DNA from: Microcystaceae cyanobacterium
GTDB taxonomy: Bacteria; Cyanobacteriota; Cyanobacteriia; Cyanobacteriales; Microcystaceae
DNA: 64,000 bases
NCBI GenBank assembly: GCA_041746575.1
Contig: JBGTGT010000011.1
Location: 32,001-96,000 of the forward strand
Direction of reading: 5' to 3'
Positions 37,292 through 47,547 of the stretch are shown one piece after another. The position numbers were made by a program, and so were the translations under genes. The stretch's first letter is position 1. Every line of letters begins with the position of its first letter. Under the pieces are notes generated by a model that ran no database searches, had not been told where the DNA came from, and was given only the letters and a program-made list of their open reading frames with translations.

Positions 37292-39898
37292 CTAAAATCT
37301 TTCCCCAATCCCGAAGCTTAAACGAGAACCCCCCTCATTGTTAAAGCCATAATCCACCCGAATCGGGCCGACAGGCGATTGAATCCGTAAACCCAATCCA
37401 TAGCCTAAACCACTGCCCGGTAACTGTCTCACCCGTGAAGGTTGGCCGGGAACTGCTCCATCCGAACTCAGTAATGTCCCATAATCCACAAATATCGCTG
37501 CCCCAATGATGGATAGAATCGGAAAACGATATTCGGCAGTCGCTTGAAAATAACTGCGACCACTTCCGACCTGTCCTTCAGCATAACCTCGAACAGAGTT
37601 ACTACCCCCTACCACAAAGGCCTCATAGGGCGGTAAGTCTCCTAGCACTGTTCCCGCTTGGAAATTAAAAGCAAAAGCCTGAGGTTTCGGCTGTCCTTCC
37701 TCAATAAAGCCAAAATCAATAAAATCAGTTGGAATATAAAAACTATAACTCCCCCGAAGGCGATTAAGGAGAATTCCTCCCGATCCGATAGGAACGGTTT
37801 GTTCAACCCCTAAGCGTAAAACTGACCCCCTAGTGGGTTGTAAGGGGTTATTGCGGCTATCCTGAGATGCCCCAAAACTAAAGGTAAATAGGTCATCTCG
37901 GCCACTGGGGCTGAAAGTTAACGGTTGAGGCCCAAAACCATTCAAGGGAGCAGAAATCGGGGCAATATCCCCATCTCCATTCTCAGATTGTACTCGTTGA
38001 TAGTTAAATCCGGCCGAGAGTCGCCAATCCGGCCGACTAAAGACATCTTCGGCAATGGGACGAACAAAGGTTACCCCTCCCCCAGTACGAACAATACGGG
38101 GACTATCAAATCCATTTAAGGTTCGGATGGTGCTATCATCCCCATCAAAGACTAAGGAAATGGTGCGACGACGGAAGGCATTAACCGTGGCAGAAGTTCG
38201 GTAAGGATCGCCATAAATCCAAGGATCTGTGAAATTAACGTCAAATAATAGTTCTCTTACCCCTGCCTGTAATTCTGTCCCCAAGATGTAGCGTCGCCCA
38301 AAGAGGTTTTGCTCTTGGTAACTTAATGTCCCAAATAAGCCACTGGTAGAGCTAATCCCTGCCCCTGCCGCTACAGATCCTGTATTTCCTTCGACAACGT
38401 CCACATTAACAATGACTTCGCTAGGATCTTCCCCCGGACTAAAGGAGAGACGTACATCTTCAAAAATACCCAATCCGAAAACCCGTTGTAAGTCTTGTTG
38501 GGCGGTATTACGATTAAAAACATCCCCCGGTTTGAGCTTCATCTCACGAGTGACAATATAATCTTTGGTTTTTCCGCCGTCCCGTTGTTCATCTTCGGCA
38601 TCAAAGAAACGAACTTGGATATTTTCAATGATCCCTTCGGAAATCACCAGCTTGACTATCCCATCTTCCGTAATCTGCGGAGATCCAATTATTTGAGCTA
38701 AATCATAGCCTTTTTGGGAATACCACTCGTTTATGCTTTGAATACTTTGCTGTAAGTCCCGCAGGTTAAGAATTTGGTTATATTGTTCTTCAAAAGCGTT
38801 ATCTACGACTTCTTGAGGTAAAACCCGTTCTTCTTCGGATGGAGGGACGGTTTCAATAATCACTTCCTGTAAAATTGGATTCGGTTCAACAGAAAAGGTC
38901 ACACGAACCCCTAAAGGCGTATCTTCGGGGACAACTTTAACATTGGCGAAGTAGCCCGTTGCGTAGATAGCGTTGACGTCGTTTTCTAACTGAGTACGGG
39001 TTGCTGTCCGACCGGGTTGGGTAATAACGGTATTATAAACCAGTCGTTCTAACTGTAAATCGGCTCCTGTAACCAAAACTTCTGCGACTAAAACGCGAGG
39101 TTCTTCTGCTGGCGTTTCCTCTTCAACCGTTTCAGATTCAGGCGGCGGTGGCGTCGGAATGGCGGGCGAAGGTTGAACCTCTTCTAAGGTAGAATCAGTG
39201 GGTGTCTCGGTTTCTCGACTTTCAGGCGTTGAATTCGGTTGCTCTTCTATTTCGCTTCCTTCGTTGTCTTCATCCACCTTCTCTTCAATTATGGGCTCAG
39301 GTGGAATTTGTTTTAGCTTAAATTCATCAGAAATAGGGCTAATTTCTGAATTTTCAGATGAAAGCGAACGGTTATCTTGCCCAGAGTTGTCTTTTTCTTC
39401 TTGTTTCTCAGGATTACGATTTTCCTCAATCCTGTTGTCATCGGCTGAGGATGAATTATTTTCCTCATTCAGTTGAGATTTAGTAGAAATAGAGCTATTT
39501 TCTGGATTTATAGGGATATTAAGCGTCTCTAATTTTCCTAAAGATGAAAGCGAACGGTTATCTTGCCCAGAGTTGTCTTTTTCTTCTTGTTTCTCAGGAT
39601 TACGATTTTCCTCAATCCTGTTGTCATCGGCTGAGGATGAATTATTTTCCTCCGCAGATAATATCGTTTCATTGTTCTGATTTATAGATATATCTGAGGG
39701 GTTTTCGGCTAAATTCTGATCATTTTCGACTTTTTCTTTTTCTTGGTGACTTGTCTTAATATCGCTATCTGTCTCACCATGAACCCCTTGTGTTCCATAG
39801 AAAAGAAGTGTTGTTGATAGCAACAACGTCATAAGCGAAGAAAACTGACCACTTAACCAATTGTTTTTTAACACTGCCACACACCCAAAAATAACCAA
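37292..39898 (-). CDS. bamA: BamA/Omp85 outer membrane protein assembly factor
   Basis: POTRA repeats, GGSNSVRGY, SPVGPIRVDYG, C-terminal GERF. Start uncertain (alternative ATG at 39832). Confidence 0.93.
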   Translation of the reverse strand: MVIFGCVAVLKNNWLSGQFSSLMTLLLSTTLLFYGTQGVHGETDSDIKTSHQEKEKVENDQNLAENPSDISINQNNETILSAEENNSSSADDNRIEENRNPEKQEEKDNSGQDNRSLSSLGKLETLNIPINPENSSISTKSQLNEENNSSSADDNRIEENRNPEKQEEKDNSGQDNRSLSSENSEISPISDEFKLKQIPPEPIIEEKVDEDNEGSEIEEQPNSTPESRETETPTDSTLEEVQPSPAIPTPPPPESETVEEETPAEEPRVLVAEVLVTGADLQLERLVYNTVITQPGRTATRTQLENDVNAIYATGYFANVKVVPEDTPLGVRVTFSVEPNPILQEVIIETVPPSEEERVLPQEVVDNAFEEQYNQILNLRDLQQSIQSINEWYSQKGYDLAQIIGSPQITEDGIVKLVISEGIIENIQVRFFDAEDEQRDGGKTKDYIVTREMKLKPGDVFNRNTAQQDLQRVFGLGIFEDVRLSFSPGEDPSEVIVNVDVVEGNTGSVAAGAGISSTSGLFGTLSYQEQNLFGRRYILGTELQAGVRELLFDVNFTDPWIYGDPYRTSATVNAFRRRTISLVFDGDDSTIRTLNGFDSPRIVRTGGGVTFVRPIAEDVFSRPDWRLSAGFNYQRVQSENGDGDIAPISAPLNGFGPQPLTFSPSGRDDLFTFSFGASQDSRNNPLQPTRGSVLRLGVEQTVPIGSGGILLNRLRGSYSFYIPTDFIDFGFIEEGQPKPQAFAFNFQAGTVLGDLPPYEAFVVGGSNSVRGYAEGQVGSGRSYFQATAEYRFPILSIIGAAIFVDYGTLLSSDGAVPGQPSRVRQLPGSGLGYGLGLRIQSPVGPIRVDYGFNNEGGSRLSFGIGERF
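39356..39652. repeat. Exact 111-bp direct repeat inside bamA (39356-39466 and 39542-39652)
   Basis: Both copies encode EENNSSSADDNRIEENRNPEKQEEKDNSGQDNRSLSS; period 186 bp, in frame. Confidence 0.95.
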
Positions 39899-40032
39899 GA
39901 ACGAGATGATCGAGGATTAATCAATTGTTTAATCTTGACTTATTAGCATAACAATAGACAACCCCCGTTTTAGCCAGAAATCACCTTAGTTAAAGACTGG
40001 TCTTTATGAAAAATGTTCCCCCCAAAAATATG

Positions 40033-40770
40033 CTATGCTTGAGAGTTTAGATAACTGATACGTTCTAGAACCCTTTGTTGCACTTCTTGGTAAGCCGATT
40101 CAATTTTGCCTAAATCTCGCCGAAAACGATCTTTATCTAATACTCTCTCTTGCGGATCATCTTTTTGTTTGTCCCACAAACGACAGGTATCGGGGCTAAT
40201 TTCATCCGCTAGTAAGATTTTTCCTTGAGCATCTTTACCAAATTCTAGCTTAAAATCTACTAACGTAATCTCACATTCGGCAAAAAACTGGCTGAGATGC
40301 TGATTGACTTTTAACGCCATCGTCTTCAGTTGTGCCACTTCGTCTGAGGTAACAATATTTAAAATTGTGATGCGATCGCGGGTTAAAAGGGGATCGCCCA
40401 AAGCGTCATCCTTTAGATAGAATTCGACCAAGGGGAAGGGTAAAATCTGACCTTCCGGTAACCCTGTTTGACGGCACAAGCTACCCGCCGCAATGTTCCT
40501 GACAACCACCTCTAAAGGTACGATTTTAACCATTTTTACCCGCATCTCCATAGAGGAAGGTTGATCAATAAAATGAGTCGAAATGCCTAAAGATTCTAGC
40601 CATTGAAACAAAGCAGTAGATATCGTACAGTTTATTTGACCTTTACCTTGGATTGTGCCTTTTTTCAGGGCATTGAAAGCGGTGGCATCATCTTTAAAAC
40701 GAGAAAGCAGAATATGAGGATTATCAGTAGAATAGAGAATTTTTGCTTTACCTTCGTACAATTTTTCCAT
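40033..40770 (-). CDS. purC: SAICAR synthetase
   Basis: LYEGKAK, FKDDATAFN, PLEVVVRN, DFKLEFG, ADEISPDTCRLWD. Confidence 0.98.
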   Translation of the reverse strand: MEKLYEGKAKILYSTDNPHILLSRFKDDATAFNALKKGTIQGKGQINCTISTALFQWLESLGISTHFIDQPSSMEMRVKMVKIVPLEVVVRNIAAGSLCRQTGLPEGQILPFPLVEFYLKDDALGDPLLTRDRITILNIVTSDEVAQLKTMALKVNQHLSQFFAECEITLVDFKLEFGKDAQGKILLADEISPDTCRLWDKQKDDPQERVLDKDRFRRDLGKIESAYQEVQQRVLERISYLNSQA

Positions 40771-40994
40771 CTTTTTTGTTTAAATTTGTTTAAATAAGGT
40801 TAAAAGGTTCTGAGCGCACACCTTATTTTCCTAAAGGACATCGCCCACTGATTTACTGAACCCTTGGGGTTAAATTGCCTTTAAGATCAGGTTAACAAAA
40901 CCCATAGAAGATTAACCTTCGATTTTGATTAGTATCTATACAATAGAAACAACATTTATCATAAATCATCCTATCCTTCTTGCTCTACTTGGCT

Positions 40995-41258
40995 ATGGCT
41001 TCTAATCCTGAAAAAGATAATTTTCTCTACCCTCGTCATCCCTATCGCGGGGAATTTAAACCAGAAAATCTTGTTTTTAATTCCAATTTACAAGAATTTG
41101 CTCAAAAAGTAAGCTACATTTGTAATTTGGAAACAGCCGGTAAAATTGCGCCTGCAGAAGCCTATCATCAAATCAAAAATCTCTGGAGTACTTTGAAAAA
41201 CAGCAAGAAACAACTGGGTATTACCGAAAATCCTGTAGATGAAGAGGATAAAAAATAG
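40995..41258 (+). CDS. Conserved cyanobacterial hypothetical protein
   Basis: FLYPR..Y.G.FKPENLVFNSNLQEFAQKVSYICNLET.GK motif. Confidence 0.8.
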   Translation: MASNPEKDNFLYPRHPYRGEFKPENLVFNSNLQEFAQKVSYICNLETAGKIAPAEAYHQIKNLWSTLKNSKKQLGITENPVDEEDKK

Positions 41259-41293
41259 GATATTTAGGCTAAAAACTTTTTATATAGGTTTAT

Positions 41294-42291
41294 ATGTCCC
41301 GCTCCCGTGCCTTACAGTATTATATCGCCGTTCGTCTCTTTCTTGCACCTTTAATGATTTGGACTATTGTGACGGCGATTTTTCTGCTTTTACGCGCCAC
41401 CCCTAATGATCCCGTTGATGCAATTTTAGATAATCGTGCGCCAGAAATTGCCAAAATAGGGATGAGAGAACAGTTAGGGCTGAATAAGTCTCTTTTATTT
41501 CAGTATTTAGCTTACTTAGGTCAATTATTACATCTAAATCTCGGAAATTCTATCATTCGCCAAGGGGTAACGGTTTGGCAAATTATTCAACAGCATTTTC
41601 CGGCTACAGTTGAATTGACCTTTTATAGCATGGTTATCGCCCTAATTATTGGTGTGGGGTTAGGAATGCTATCTGCTACCCATTGTTTATTTGGCATCAT
41701 CACCTATTCGTTACCCATTTTTTGGCTAGGAATGATCTTACAGTTGATTTTATCAGTTAAATTCGGTTTATTTCCGTTGGGGACTCGTTTTCCCCTCAGT
41801 CAAACGCCACCTGAAGCCATAACGGGTTTATATACACTAGATAGTCTCTTAAGGGGCAATTAGGTAATTTTTTCACAGTGATATATTATCTTACACTTCC
41901 TTGCTTCACGTTGGGACTGTTATTAAGTGGAATTTTTGAACGAATGGTCAAGGTTAATTTAAAGCTAACGTTACAATCTGACTATGTAGAAGCCGCTAGA
42001 ACAAGAGGAGTGAGTGAAAGACGAATTTTATTCGCTCATGCTTTTAGAAATGCGCTTATTCCTGTGATTACAGTTTTAGGATTAACCTTCGCCGCTTTGT
42101 TAGGGAGTGCAGTCTTAACAGAAGTGACTTTTTCTTAGCCAGAATTAGGAAAGCAATTATATCAGGCGATATCTCTAAGGGATTGCCCGACTGTCCGAGG
42201 AATTATGGTATTTTTAAGTGTAATTGTTGTTTTTATTAGTCTTTTGATTGATATTGCTAATGCTTATCTTGACCCCCGTATTCGCTATTGA
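41294..42291 (+). pseudogene. Peptide ABC transporter permease (DppB/OppB-like) pseudogene
   Basis: FPATVEL, DYVEAARTRG (EAA motif), RNALIP, LDPRIRY. A 1-nt frameshift near 41860, TAG for the Trp of FSWPG at 42136, and an apparent internal deletion. Confidence 0.9.
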
Positions 42292-42400
42292 GTAATAGGA
42301 ACCGATTTTTGGACAGTTCGAGACAATAGTCTTTTTATATCCTATTATCTTTAGGAATCTCCAAAACCGAAAAGTTGCCACCAGCCAAGAAACTGCTAAA

Positions 42401-42422
42401 CTGATTACTGATTACTGATTAC
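42401..42422. repeat. Heptamer tandem repeat (CTGATTA)x3, STRR-like
   Basis: CTGATTACTGATTACTGATTAC directly upstream of ndhN. Confidence 0.8.
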
Positions 42423-42434
42423 GGTTGACCGAAT

Positions 42435-42896
42435 ATGGCTTTACTGACCACAGGCAAAGGATTCATTCAAACCTTAGAAAAACACGGTGCAGTCGCAGTT
42501 TATGCTCCTTTAGAAGGCGGATTTGAAGGGAGATATCAAAGACGTTTACGGACTAAGGGTTATACCACCCTAGCGTTAACCGCCAGAGGATTAGGAGATT
42601 TGAGTGCTTATTTAACAGAAATTCATGGCGTTCGTCCGCCTCATTTAGGCAAAAAAGATATCGGACAAGATGCGGCAGTTGGCCCTATTTATTTTATCCC
42701 TCCCATTGCCACTTATCAACTGGATAATTTACCTCCCAAATCAAAAGGATTAGTGCTTTGGATTCTCGAAGGATTTATTCTTTCCTCTACCGAAAAACAA
42801 TATTTAATTAATCTTCCTCAACAAGAACCCCGCCTCAAAGTGGTCTTAGAATTAGGGGGAGAACGTTATTTCCGTTGGCAACCTTTAGCGGCGTAA
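42435..42896 (+). CDS. ndhN: NAD(P)H-quinone oxidoreductase subunit N
   Basis: PLEGGFEGRYQRRLR, ARGLGD, HGVRPPHLGK. Confidence 0.96.
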   Translation: MALLTTGKGFIQTLEKHGAVAVYAPLEGGFEGRYQRRLRTKGYTTLALTARGLGDLSAYLTEIHGVRPPHLGKKDIGQDAAVGPIYFIPPIATYQLDNLPPKSKGLVLWILEGFILSSTEKQYLINLPQQEPRLKVVLELGGERYFRWQPLAA

Positions 42897-43115
42897 AATC
42901 GCAGTATTATTCCTTTAAAATCGGGCTGTTTTTACAGTCTAAATCCTTTTTTTTTACAGTGAAACCATAAAAATAGTTCAACACCTACAGACAGCAATTT
43001 AAAGGAAATAAAAGATTTAATCAAGCTATTTTAAAGTTTAGACTAACCTCTATTTAACGGAAAAGGTTGTCTTTCTTCGCTTAATTTCGATTGTTTTAAA
43101 TAAGAAACTTTAGCC

Positions 43116-43982
43116 ATGTTAAAGCCTGTTTTTCTATTATTTAACTTACTTTCTTTTTTGCTGGCATCCTGTACTCCTTATCCTCCAATGAATGCCAAAG
43201 AAACACCCCAATTAAAGTATGAAAAATATCAATTAGAAGGTACAACTTTATATACCCTTTTAATCCCTGCTCATCCGAATTATAATGTCTCGGTTGCCTC
43301 TGCTTCGTCTTTAAAAACCTTAGAGCAATTTGCACAATCTTATTCAGCCATTGCCGTCTTGAATGGCGGTTTTTTTGACCCCAAAAATGGAAAAACCACA
43401 TCTTATCTTGTTCAAGAAGGTCACTTAATAGGTGATCCCCGCCAAAATGAAAGATTGATCAATAATCCTGATTTAAAACCCTATTTAAACCAAATTTTGA
43501 ATCGTAGTGAATGGCGACGGTACCAATGTGGTCAGTCAATAAAATATGCGATCGCTTTTCATCGTGATCCCATTCCCCCCCATTGTCAACTAAAAGAAGC
43601 CCTAGGAGGTGGCCCTCGAATTTTACCCCAAATAGAAGCGAAAACAGAAGCATTTTGGGAGCAAGACCGACAAGGTCGTGTGATTCGAGACGCACTAGGA
43701 ATGAATCAAGCAAATGCTCGAACAGCCCTCGGTATTATGGAAAATGGTGATTTATTTTGGGTAATGGCTAGTCAAACCCCTAGCGGGATCAGTTTACCTG
43801 ACCTAGCACAGTTTTTAAAAGAAAGAGGAATTAAGGAAGCGATTAATCTAGATGGGGGCAGTTCTTCAGCCTTTTATTCACACGGATCGCTAAATTACGG
43901 TAAACTAGATGCAAAAGGCAATCCTGTTCAACGTCCAGTCAAATCTGTATTAATTTTATCTGCGCCAACTCTGCTAAGATAA
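43116..43982 (+). CDS. Phosphodiester glycosidase (NAGPA) family lipoprotein
   Basis: LASC lipobox, NGGFF, GGGP, ARTALG, NLDGGSS. Confidence 0.88.
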   Translation: MLKPVFLLFNLLSFLLASCTPYPPMNAKETPQLKYEKYQLEGTTLYTLLIPAHPNYNVSVASASSLKTLEQFAQSYSAIAVLNGGFFDPKNGKTTSYLVQEGHLIGDPRQNERLINNPDLKPYLNQILNRSEWRRYQCGQSIKYAIAFHRDPIPPHCQLKEALGGGPRILPQIEAKTEAFWEQDRQGRVIRDALGMNQANARTALGIMENGDLFWVMASQTPSGISLPDLAQFLKERGIKEAINLDGGSSSAFYSHGSLNYGKLDAKGNPVQRPVKSVLILSAPTLLR

Positions 43983-44130
43983 GTTATTTTTAAGTAAAAA
44001 GATAATGCGAATTAAAATAGACTGCTATGGGTTAAAAAAGTTCTGATATTGCTGACCCTAGCAGGTGAAATTCAGTTTAAGATGGCTTCGCAGAAGCTGG
44101 ATACCTGTTCATTCCTCACTCACGAAGAAC

Positions 44131-44646
44131 ATGGCCGAGCAAACCTTCGATCTCGTTATTATTCAAACCATGGCTATTCTCAATCGCTACGGGTTTGACT
44201 TGAAAGGCTATACGCCCATGGAATTATTGTTAAAATGGGGAGAAAAATATTCATCGATTTGGATTCGATTAGCAGTGATTGAAGCACTATATCAGGGAAG
44301 ATATAAATCCATTTCGGTAGAACAGATTTTATCAAATTGGTTACGCAAAGGAAAACCGGGCGTTCATTTTAACTACGAATTTGAGCGACTCGTTTGTTCC
44401 GATTTACCCTATAGTAACGATCCGTCGCTTCTGGCTCAAAGTAAGCTTTATAACGTCAATGATGTGACATCAGACGCCTTATCCCCAGAAAATAAAGTCA
44501 ATCCTAATGTATCAAAGCCTTCTGAACCCAAACCGATTACTCAATTTATTCCCCTTGAAGACCATTCTCAATCCTATGCGAAACTAAGAGAAGTCATTCA
44601 CAAAGGATTAGAAGATAACACCCACCCACCCCCAAAGAAAGATTAA
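44131..44646 (+). CDS. Conserved cyanobacterial hypothetical protein
   Basis: YGFDL...WIRLAVIEALYQGRYKSISVEQIL..W...HFNYEFERLVC. Confidence 0.75.
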   Translation: MAEQTFDLVIIQTMAILNRYGFDLKGYTPMELLLKWGEKYSSIWIRLAVIEALYQGRYKSISVEQILSNWLRKGKPGVHFNYEFERLVCSDLPYSNDPSLLAQSKLYNVNDVTSDALSPENKVNPNVSKPSEPKPITQFIPLEDHSQSYAKLREVIHKGLEDNTHPPPKKD

Positions 44647-46182
44647 AGTCGAACCGAAAAATTAGGGAAGCCCCATTGACCTCCCCAATCTTAATCTACT
44701 GTTGAATCGTAAAACCAGAAAAACCTCAGCGTTTAAACAATAATAGATTGACCGCTAAACGTGGTCAAATGCTACCCTTCAAAGGTTTCGTTATAAGTGA
44801 GTTTATAATCCCGCAGGATGCTGATAGCGACTTGTTCCCCTAAAAGTAGGGATTCTGCCCCATCCGAACGCCAGTGAACCCCCGCAATATTGCGGCCAGT
44901 CGCCACGTTAGAAGCCACTTTATTTAACTCATGACCGACAGTCAAAGGTCGTCCCGTATAAGGTTTGAGTTTTTTGCCACCAGACGCCAAATCCACCTGT
45001 ACAGGGTCTGGAATCCGCATATCCTCATCAAATAAGGCTTTAAGAATGGTCGTACGGTCGTACAAGCCCCAGCGACGGTGGCATGACCTGCCCCATAGGC
45101 TGGATGAGTCGGACTGCCCTCTGGGAAGGCTTGAGGTAGAAGATAGCTATTATATTTAGCGTTAACTTTGCTCACCGCATCAGAATTTAATGCTTGGGGA
45201 TGAATGGGATAATTCGCCATATTGGTTTTAACCGCATGAATGCGACCACCAAAGGCTTCAGGACGAAGGCGACGATGCACATACCATTTTTGAAACCAAA
45301 CCGCCTTAAGAGCGCGGGTGGCTACTTCCGTTAGAAGTCCAATATAAAAAGGACCACCAAAGGTCGCAAAGGCATCTTGGGTTGTTAAACGTAAGTAAGG
45401 ATTCCCTGCATCAAATTGTCCGCCAATACCGCCGCCAACGGGACTAGGAGAGTCTGGACCAGCTAAGAGAATTAAACAAGCATTAAAATAAGCTTGGAAT
45501 AACACATCCACATGAGCCCATTGAGAAAGATCCCGTCCATTACGGATATAAACAGGAGTCGGCTCAAAATCTCCTGCGGCAAAACTTTGTTCTTCACCCC
45601 GTTGCACTTTTAACCAGTCGTCAAAGGTGGTCATAAAGTCTTTACCCGAGAGAATCGTTCGCATCAATTATTCATAACCCTGAGCTCCAAAAGGAACGGG
45701 TTTGAGCAAAAATTGGGAAATATAGGGGCCATTGCGCGCGCCGAGTAAGCGATCGCGGAAAAGAGTTTGTGGGGTGATTTTGCCCCCTTCTCTTAACCCT
45801 TTAAAAGATTCCAAGCGACTTAGTTCGGCGGCAGCCGCTTGTGCTAGGGGGTGGGTTTCATATTCATCAAACGCAACATCTCGTAGCAAAGCCATCCAGT
45901 AATTTTCCACGATTTCGGCTGCTTCTTCAGCACTGTTAAAGCGAGGAGCTGGGGGAATACTGAGTGAATGAGAATCCGCACCTTCTGTGTCAAACGCTAA
46001 CCTTCCTTGAGGATTAATAAATTTTCGCGCTCCTACTAAGGGAATTTTCTCAAAAACCTGCGAATTACCGCTACTGAGGGCGTCAATCAAGGCTTGATAG
46101 GCCATGACATCGACTTCCCCGTTATCTTGATGGGGAGTCCTTTGTTGACACTCCCGCGGGTGAACCGCGCGGGATTCTTCTC

Positions 46183-47394
46183 TCACAGGCTCTTATCTAG
46201 CCAGCCAAAGGCTGACCCCGACAGAACGCCTCCAGAAGCTATTTCATTCACGGGCTGTCCGACCGCTACTAGACCCCGATTTCTTATTACTTGACTAGCT
46301 GCTACGTCCCTATTAGTTTGATATCCACATGACCGACAAGAATGAACCCGATCTGATAGGTTTTTTTTGCCTGAATGTGTATTGCAATTAGGACAAATCT
46401 GACTGGTATAGTCTTTATCTACTTTGAGAAAATAGACATCTCTTTTCCAGCAGACATAAGCCAAGATATTAAAGAACTGACCAAAACTAGCATCTAAAGT
46501 ATACTTGCCAAATAATCCTTTCGCCCAAGCTTTAAAGTTGATATCCTCAACAAATATCATTCCCGCTTGGTCACAAAGACGATGAGCTAATTTAAAATGC
46601 CAGTCTTTTCGAGTATCGTGAATTTTTTGATAAAGTCTAGCTATCTTAGCTTGAAGTTTTCGCCAATTACTAGACCCCTTTTTCTTGTTCTTTAATCGCT
46701 TTTGCAGTGATTTCAACTTGCCATAAAGCTGATTAAAAAATCGAGGTCTTTTGACTAATTCTCCATCGCTAGTAGCTAAATAAGAATCAAGTCCAATATC
46801 TACTCCCAAGGGATGACCATGAATCGGTACATTGGGAATATTAACAGCTAGTTGATAAACTAACTGAACAAAATAACCTGATGCCCGTTTAACCAGCCTA
46901 ATTTGCTTTAAAAGAAAGCCATCAGGAAGCGATCTAGACATTCTCATTTTAACCTTGCCAATTTTAGGCAGGTCAACCCATCCATCCCCGACCAAAGTAT
47001 TTTTGACACTGGGATAGACAAAACTTCTCATCTGCTTTTTAAAACGGGGAAACCCGAACCCTCTCTCCCACATATTGACAAATGCAGCCTCTAATTGTCT
47101 TAAGGTTTGTTGCAAGATTTGGGAGTGAGGAATGGTTAAATCAGGACACCGCTTTTTAGCTTCAGTCAGAGATTTGCATTGGGAGTTATAGGTAGGTCTG
47201 GCAGTATTCGGACTGATTATGTATTCAGAATGAATTGAACAAGCATTAACGGGTGACTTACGACTATTGGCCCAATCCTTCCTTTCTCGAAGTGCATAGT
47301 TATAGACTTTTCTGCACGTCTCAAGGTATGTCTCAAATTGTTGAATTTGGGACTTGGTTGGTTGCAGCTTATAGTCGTAAGTCATAGTGATCAT
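46183..47394 (-). CDS. tnpB: RNA-guided endonuclease TnpB
   Basis: HTH start YKLQPT..Q, GFPRFK, RuvC D (GVDIG), E (VEDIN), D (NRDVAAS), Zn finger CPNC/CRSC. Confidence 0.96.
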   Translation of the reverse strand: MITMTYDYKLQPTKSQIQQFETYLETCRKVYNYALRERKDWANSRKSPVNACSIHSEYIISPNTARPTYNSQCKSLTEAKKRCPDLTIPHSQILQQTLRQLEAAFVNMWERGFGFPRFKKQMRSFVYPSVKNTLVGDGWVDLPKIGKVKMRMSRSLPDGFLLKQIRLVKRASGYFVQLVYQLAVNIPNVPIHGHPLGVDIGLDSYLATSDGELVKRPRFFNQLYGKLKSLQKRLKNKKKGSSNWRKLQAKIARLYQKIHDTRKDWHFKLAHRLCDQAGMIFVEDINFKAWAKGLFGKYTLDASFGQFFNILAYVCWKRDVYFLKVDKDYTSQICPNCNTHSGKKNLSDRVHSCRSCGYQTNRDVAASQVIRNRGLVAVGQPVNEIASGGVLSGSAFGWLDKSL

Positions 47395-47408
47395 GCTTCA
47401 AATATAGC

Positions 47409-47442
47409 TTACTTAATAAATAAATGTCAGCTTATTAAGTAA
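47409..47442 (-). promoter_or_regulatory. 11-bp inverted repeat overlapping a putative tnpB promoter
   Basis: TTACTTAATAA-N12-TTATTAAGTAA. On the minus strand CTGACA-N18-TATATT ends 6 nt before the ATG. Confidence 0.55.
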
Positions 47443-47463
47443 CAAATTCACGCCCCCTAAAGG

Positions 47464-47547
47464 GGAGGTAGTTCCGTTGGCAAGCCAGCGCGGTCTTGTT
47501 GGTCTCCAACAAAGAGCGGCTGGCGCGGGCTCCCCGACATAAGGAGG
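47464..47547. repeat. Nested GC-rich small dispersed repeat(s) at the left side of the IS
   Basis: Inner GCCAGCCGCTCTTTGTTGGAGACCAACAAGACCGCGCTGGC hairpin inside TTATGTCGGGGAGCCCG...CCAACGGAACTACCT, flanked by GGAGG at 47464-47468 and 47543-47547. Confidence 0.65.

Larger units (their letters stand above)
46145..47543 (-). mobile_element. TnpB-only IS200/IS605 (IS1341-like) element; left boundary approximate
   Basis: Right-end hairpin TCCCGCG-N9-CGCGGGA followed by GTGTCAA ending at 46145. Left-side hairpin CCCC-TTTA-GGGG near 47451-47465. No tnpA. Confidence 0.85.

Noticed and set aside
41861..45670. Stop-codon readthrough or recoding at in-frame TAG/TAA in dppB and the haloperoxidase
   Set aside because: The same genes carry frameshifts and deletions, and TAG ends intact genes elsewhere in the window, so decay is the simpler explanation.
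46183..47394. Cas12f / type V CRISPR effector
   Set aside because: No array or cas1/cas2; the IS200/IS605 right-end structure identifies it as TnpB.
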